From NCBI GenBank assembly GCA_041288095.1, contig JBGGMJ010000039.1, forward strand, positions 1 through 10,710: DNA of 10,710 nt. Reading direction: 5' to 3'. Positions 7,284 through 10,710 of this stretch are shown here, one piece after another. Source of the stretch: Myxococcota bacterium. Its GTDB lineage: Bacteria; Myxococcota; XYA12-FULL-58-9; JALHOP01. Each line of letters begins with the position of its first letter. Position 1 is the first letter of the stretch. The notes beneath the pieces are model-generated. The model was given only the letters and a program-made list of their open reading frames with translations, had not been told where the DNA came from and searched no databases. Both the position numbers and the translations under genes were made by a program.

Positions 7284-7312
7284 TTGCGTCCTCCGAGGGT
7301 TCGCCCCATCCT
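7284..7312 (+). promoter_or_regulatory. Putative sigma70-type promoter of pyrC (near-leaderless)
   Basis: TTGCGT (7284-7289), 17 nt, CATCCT (7307-7312), then 8 nt to ATG 7321. There is no SD upstream of the ATG. Confidence 0.35.
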
Positions 7313-7320
7313 TTGCGCCG

Positions 7321-8634
7321 ATGAATTTCGACATGCTGATTCGCGGTGGTACCTGCGTGACTCCTTCAGGGTCCGCTATCGCGACCATCGGCATCCGCGA
7401 CGGCAAGATCGCCGCCATCGGTGACATTGACGCGGCGTCGTCGAGCGTCGTCGTCGAGGCGCGTGGCCTGCACGTGCTGCCTGGCGTCATCGACTCGCAG
7501 GTGCACTTCCGCGAGCCGGGCCTCACGCACAAGGAAGACCTCGAGACCGGCACGCGCGGCGCCATCCTCGGAGGCGTCACCGCCATCTGCGAGATGCCGA
7601 ACACCAAACCGCTGACGCTCACCAAAGCGGACCTCGACGACAAGCTGGCGCGCGCCAACGGCCGTGCCTGGTGTGACTACGCCTTCTTCATGGGAGGCTC
7701 GGCCGCGAACGTCGATCATCTGCGCGAGCTCGAGGTCCTGCCGGGCTGCGCCGGTGTGAAGGTCTTCATGGGCAGCTCGACCGGCGACCTCTTGGTGCCC
7801 GACGACGCCACCCTCGGCCGCATCTTGGGGAACGGCTATCGCCGGGTCGCGATCCACGCCGAGGACGAGCCACGGCTCACGGCGCGCAAGACGGGAGTCG
7901 TTGCGGGCACGCACGTGCGCGAGCACTGCGACATTCGCGACGTCGAAGCCGGGCGTCTCGCGGTCGAGCGCCTCATGCGTCTCGCCGTGCAACACAACCG
8001 CCGCGTCCACGTCCTGCACATCAGCAGCGCCGAAGAGCTCGAGCTCTTGGAGCAACGCCGTGACCTCGCGACCGTCGAAGTCACGCCACAGCACCTCACC
8101 TTCACCGCGCCCGAGGCCTACGACACGCTCGGTACTTACGCGCAGATGAACCCACCGATCCGTGAGCTGCGCCATCGCGAGGCCTTGTGGCACGCCGTGA
8201 ACAACGGGCTCGCCGACGTGCTCGGCTCCGACCACGCGCCGCACACCAAGGAAGAAAAGGCCAAGCCCTATCCGGAGAGCCCCTCCGGCATGACCGGCGT
8301 CCAAACCCTGGTGCCGGTGATGCTCGACCACGTGGCGGCGGGGCGGCTCACCCTGCAACGCTTCGTCGACCTGGCCTGTGAAGGCCCCGCTCGCGCCCTC
8401 GGCATCATGAACAAGGGCCGCATCGCCTTGGGCTACGACGCCGACTTCACCGTGGTCGACCTCAAGTCCAAGCGCGTGATCCAGGCCAAGGACATCGCGA
8501 GCCGCTCCGGCTGGACGCCCTATGACGGAAAACGCGTGGTGGGATGGCCAGTTGCGACGATCATCCGCGGCCGCGAGGTCATGCGCGACGGGGCTGTCAT
8601 CGGGTCACCAGCCGGGCAAGCCCTTCGTTTCTAA
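7321..8634 (+). CDS. pyrC: Dihydroorotase (amidohydrolase superfamily, QxH subtype), 437 aa
   Basis: 'LPGVIDSQVHFREPG', 'GGVTAICEMPNTKP', carbamylated Lys in 'GVKVFMGSSTG', 'IHAED', 'HVLHIS', 'EVTPQHL', 'QMNPPIR' and 'GSDHAPH'. The N-terminus 'FDMLIRGGTCVTP' places the start at ATG 7321, not 6865. Confidence 0.9.
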   Translation: MNFDMLIRGGTCVTPSGSAIATIGIRDGKIAAIGDIDAASSSVVVEARGLHVLPGVIDSQVHFREPGLTHKEDLETGTRGAILGGVTAICEMPNTKPLTLTKADLDDKLARANGRAWCDYAFFMGGSAANVDHLRELEVLPGCAGVKVFMGSSTGDLLVPDDATLGRILGNGYRRVAIHAEDEPRLTARKTGVVAGTHVREHCDIRDVEAGRLAVERLMRLAVQHNRRVHVLHISSAEELELLEQRRDLATVEVTPQHLTFTAPEAYDTLGTYAQMNPPIRELRHREALWHAVNNGLADVLGSDHAPHTKEEKAKPYPESPSGMTGVQTLVPVMLDHVAAGRLTLQRFVDLACEGPARALGIMNKGRIALGYDADFTVVDLKSKRVIQAKDIASRSGWTPYDGKRVVGWPVATIIRGREVMRDGAVIGSPAGQALRF

Positions 8635-8719
8635 TGGCTTAGCCAGCGGGGCAGGGGTCGTGTAGGTCCGGCTGCGGTTTAGCTTTCCGCCGGCGACCGC
8701 GAAGGTAAACGTATCGACC

Positions 8720-9010
8720 ATGACCGTGACAGCAATTGGCCAGGCTGACGAAGCATCCAAGACCATCGGCGAAAACGTCCGCAGTGCCGCGGTCGACGAG
8801 TTTGGCGTCTCTGACGGCGAGAAGGCCAAGATCGCCCGCGACAAGGTAGGCGCCGAAAACGCCCGCATCGCGGCGTCCGACGACCAGTCGCGTCGTGGCA
8901 AGGTCGCCTTGGCGAGCAACGTGACCCGGGCGCCGACGGTCCCGATCGAGCAGAATACGACCGGCGAGCAGTATTCGGTCGCCGCCCTCGAGGGCAAAGT
9001 TCGGGCATAA
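8720..9010 (+). CDS. Small hydrophilic hypothetical protein (96 aa)
   Basis: ATG with GAAGGT (8701-8706) upstream, GC-rich third codon positions, no overlap with neighbours, no recognisable domain. Confidence 0.65.
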   Translation: MTVTAIGQADEASKTIGENVRSAAVDEFGVSDGEKAKIARDKVGAENARIAASDDQSRRGKVALASNVTRAPTVPIEQNTTGEQYSVAALEGKVRA

Positions 9011-9033
9011 TCGGTTCGAGGAGCTAAGCACTG

Positions 9034-9492
9034 ATGGCAATCGAGCGCGTTGGGAAACCCGAGCAAGATGCGTCCGAGCGTAGGCTCTCGGCGGAAGATC
9101 GCCACGAGCTCCTCGCATTCGAGAGCAAAGAGACGCGCGAGCTTGCCGTCCGCCGCATGAGCGAGAGCCGCCAGGCGGAGTCGGGCGAAGACCGCACGAC
9201 GCAAGCCGTCGATGAAGCGAGCCGTGTGAACTCACGCCGCGGCGCCGAGTGGCAAGATTACGCCGAGCGTAACGCGCAGACTGTGCCAGTGAGCGTGAAC
9301 CAGCTCGCGGCCCAGCAGGCGAGCCGCGTCGAGCCGGACAACAACGTCGAGCGCGTCGGCGCTAGCTCCGAGAGCAACGCCGCGCGCCACGAGCAGCAGC
9401 GCGAGACGATCCGCCGGCAGGCCGAGCAGCAGATGACCATCGCCGACATCCAGGCGGATATCCTGCGGCGCTCGGGCCTCGTCCGGGGTTAG
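9034..9492 (+). CDS. Hydrophilic Arg/Glu/Gln-rich hypothetical protein (152 aa), likely disordered or coiled
   Basis: SD GAGGAG (9018-9023) lies 10 nt before the ATG, 23 nt downstream of the previous stop. Its TAG overlaps the TAA of the convergent DUF423 gene (TTAG 9489-9492). Confidence 0.7.
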   Translation: MAIERVGKPEQDASERRLSAEDRHELLAFESKETRELAVRRMSESRQAESGEDRTTQAVDEASRVNSRRGAEWQDYAERNAQTVPVSVNQLAAQQASRVEPDNNVERVGASSESNAARHEQQRETIRRQAEQQMTIADIQADILRRSGLVRG

Positions 9493-9848
9493 CGCACCGT
9501 CGACCAGGCGAGCGCGATCCAGCCGACGAGAAACGCCACGCCTCCGATCGGCGTCACCGCGCCGAGCACGCGCATCCCTGTGACGGCCAGGGCGTAGAGG
9601 CTGCCCGAGAAGAGCAGGAGGCCCGCGGTGAAGGCCCAGCCCGACGTGGTGAGCGCCCCGCTCGGATTGCGATCGGCGAGAATACCCACGCCCAAGACCG
9701 CTAAAGCGTGCACCAAGTGGTAAAGCACGCCGGTTTGAAAGACGCTCTGCATTTCAGGTGCCAAGCGCTCGCGCAGAGCATGAGCACCAAAAGCACCAAA
9801 AGCGACAGCGAGTAAGCCAGCCAGGGCGCCAACGCGTATGAAGTTCAT
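9489..9848 (-). CDS. DUF423 / YgdD / TMEM256-family membrane protein (119 aa)
   Basis: Family signature 'AVAFGAFGAHAL...FQTGVLYHLVHALA...GLLLFSGSLYAL...LGAVTPIGGVAFLVGW'. The start at ATG 9848 gives the family's usual length; the ORF-track extension to 10274 is antisense to the next gene. Confidence 0.92.
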   Translation of the reverse strand: MNFIRVGALAGLLAVAFGAFGAHALRERLAPEMQSVFQTGVLYHLVHALAVLGVGILADRNPSGALTTSGWAFTAGLLLFSGSLYALAVTGMRVLGAVTPIGGVAFLVGWIALAWSTVR

Positions 9849-9864
9849 CGTACGTAGGCTTACG

Positions 9865-9898
9865 TGGGACCCACCACCATTGAAAAGGGTCCCAATGG
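9865..9898. promoter_or_regulatory. Overlapping inverted repeats in the divergent intergenic region
   Basis: TGGGACCC (9865-9872) / GGGTCCCA (9887-9894) is a perfect 8-bp inverted repeat. CCATTG (9877-9882) / CAATGG (9893-9898) is a perfect 6-bp one. Confidence 0.4.
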
Positions 9899-9908
9899 AG
9901 CAGCCGCC

Positions 9909-10211
9909 ATGACCGCCATCAGTGGGAAACCCCAAGGGAATTTCACCCAGGGGGCCGGAGCACCAACGAAGGCACCGCAGAACGGCGCGGCAAGCGGCAA
10001 CGCCGCCATCACCAGGCGGCAGCCCGACGAGGCGCGCGACCAGGATGCCGTGGTCAGACGCGCACGCACCGAAGGCCAAGCGCTGCGCACCATTGGTGAG
10101 ACCAATCGCTTCGACAACGTCGACAGAGACCGCACCGAAGGCCAAAATGAAGACCGGAGGCGGCTCTCCACCACGGAGCTCCTGCGGGGACAGAACGCCA
10201 TTCGCATTTGA
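9909..10211 (+). CDS. Small hydrophilic hypothetical protein (100 aa)
   Basis: SD GGAG (9897-9900) lies 8 nt before ATG 9909, which I prefer to GTG 9864. Its TGA overlaps the TTG start of the next ORF. Confidence 0.65.
   Translation: MTAISGKPQGNFTQGAGAPTKAPQNGAASGNAAITRRQPDEARDQDAVVRRARTEGQALRTIGETNRFDNVDRDRTEGQNEDRRRLSTTELLRGQNAIRI
10065..10145 (+). repeat. 15-bp exact direct repeat CGCACCGAAGGCCAA (RTEGQ twice), 66 nt apart, in frame
   Basis: Copies at 10065-10079 and 10131-10145 inside the 100-aa ORF. Confidence 0.8.
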
Positions 10212-10710
10212 TCGAAGCGTCCGACGTCGTCCGTAAGTTACGCGCCGTCGCCGAGCCGGCGGCGCGGGTTGCATTGCTCGGCGAGATGGCCGCGACCGCG
10301 GAAGCGGACGTCGTCGTGCGCGTCCTCGAAGACATCGGTCTTGCCGCGCTCGCTCGTGAGTCTGTCGCCAGCGAGCTCGTCTTGAGCCTGATGCGGCCGA
10401 CGCGGGTGTTCATCGACGAGGCGCGCTGCTCGTTGCTCGCCGATCTGGCGCGCGAAAACGAAGCCATCGTCGCGCTGCAATGGCTATGGGCGGCCAACGA
10501 AGCGCGAGAGGCCGCCAAGCGCCGTGACAGCGCCGACACGCAGGGGTTCGTCGACCGCACGCTCGCCTCGATGACCTTGGGTGACCGGCGGGCGCTCGCG
10601 CGGCGCGCGACCCGCGATCAAATCATGCGGCTGGTCGGCGATCCGGATCCGACGGTGGTGATGCACGTCTTGAACAACCCGCGCGTCACCGAATCGAACG
10701 TGCTCGCCAT
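10208..10710 (+). CDS. Conserved hypothetical alpha-helical (HEAT/LRV-like) protein, 3'-truncated
   Basis: Translated by hand; it is not in the ORF track because it has no stop. TTG 10208-10210 overlaps TGA 10209-10211. It reads MIEASDVVRKLRAVAEPAARVALLGEM...MTLGDRRALARRATRDQIMRLVGDPDPTVVMHVLNNPRVTESNVLA and stays open to the window edge. The 'TLGxRxxLAR...L..DP.P.V...L.NP..TE' pattern is one I associate with a Myxococcota/deltaproteobacterial hypothetical family. Confidence 0.75.
   Translation, partial: MIEASDVVRKLRAVAEPAARVALLGEMAATAEADVVVRVLEDIGLAALARESVASELVLSLMRPTRVFIDEARCSLLADLARENEAIVALQWLWAANEAREAAKRRDSADTQGFVDRTLASMTLGDRRALARRATRDQIMRLVGDPDPTVVMHVLNNPRVTESNVLA

Noticed and set aside
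6865..7320. 152-aa N-terminal extension on the dihydroorotase (589-aa ORF), a possible fusion
   Set aside because: It overlaps the divergent haloperoxidase-like gene and has Arg/Gly-rich shadow composition. The family N-terminus begins at ATG 7321.
7492..7506. DSQVH in place of the metal-binding DxHxH in dihydroorotase, read as a possible inactive or novel enzyme
   Set aside because: To my knowledge QxH is an established feature of an alphaproteobacterial/cyanobacterial dihydroorotase subgroup. The remaining ligands (Lys, two His, Asp) and the substrate-binding Arg/Asn are present.
8635..8705. TGGCT-T-AGCCA palindrome (8635-8645) and a sigma28-like TTAGCTTT-N11-CGCGAAGG (8679-8705) upstream of the 96-aa ORF
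   Set aside because: The palindrome is a single short instance, and the -10 matches GCCGATAA at only 3 of 8 positions. Both are too weak to call.
8605..9449. Minus-strand ORFs 8605-9204, 8639-9235, 8679-9008 and 9258-9449 as the real genes here
   Set aside because: The + strand ORFs tile the interval without overlap and have SD-like sites. The minus ORFs overlap pyrC or each other and look like shadows.
9849..10274. N-terminal extension of DUF423 (261-aa ORF)
   Set aside because: It is antisense to the 100-aa ORF, and the family-length protein starts at ATG 9848.
1..10710. CRISPR arrays, tRNA/rRNA, IS/integrase or phage-defence genes
   Set aside because: I saw no regularly spaced repeats, cloverleafs, terminal inverted repeats, or transposase/nuclease motifs. 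Intergenic gaps are all 170 bp or less.

Overview
GC-rich (~two-thirds G+C) bacterial chromosomal window, densely coding, with no rRNA/tRNA, CRISPR array or mobile element that I can see. Left to right: the 3' end of a pentein (amidinotransferase/arginine-deiminase-like) gene coupled to a Nudix hydrolase (+); a small orphan membrane protein (-); topA with zinc-free Topo_C repeats and a Lys-rich tail (-); a fused ATP sulfurylase/APS kinase, sat-cysC (-); a PAP2/vanadium-haloperoxidase-fold protein with a non-canonical 'HPAWPAMH' active-site motif and a long disordered N-terminus (-); a QxH-type dihydroorotase (+); two small hydrophilic orphan ORFs (+); a DUF423/YgdD membrane protein (-); a third hydrophilic orphan (+); and the 5' part of a conserved hypothetical protein (+) that the ORF track misses. 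The most interesting items are the atypical haloperoxidase-like gene directly upstream of a PAPS-synthesis gene, a shared (G/C)CAAC-N16-CGAT promoter-like motif ahead of that gene and the small membrane orphan, and the group of three disordered orphan proteins. All family calls come from motif recognition by eye; no database search was run.
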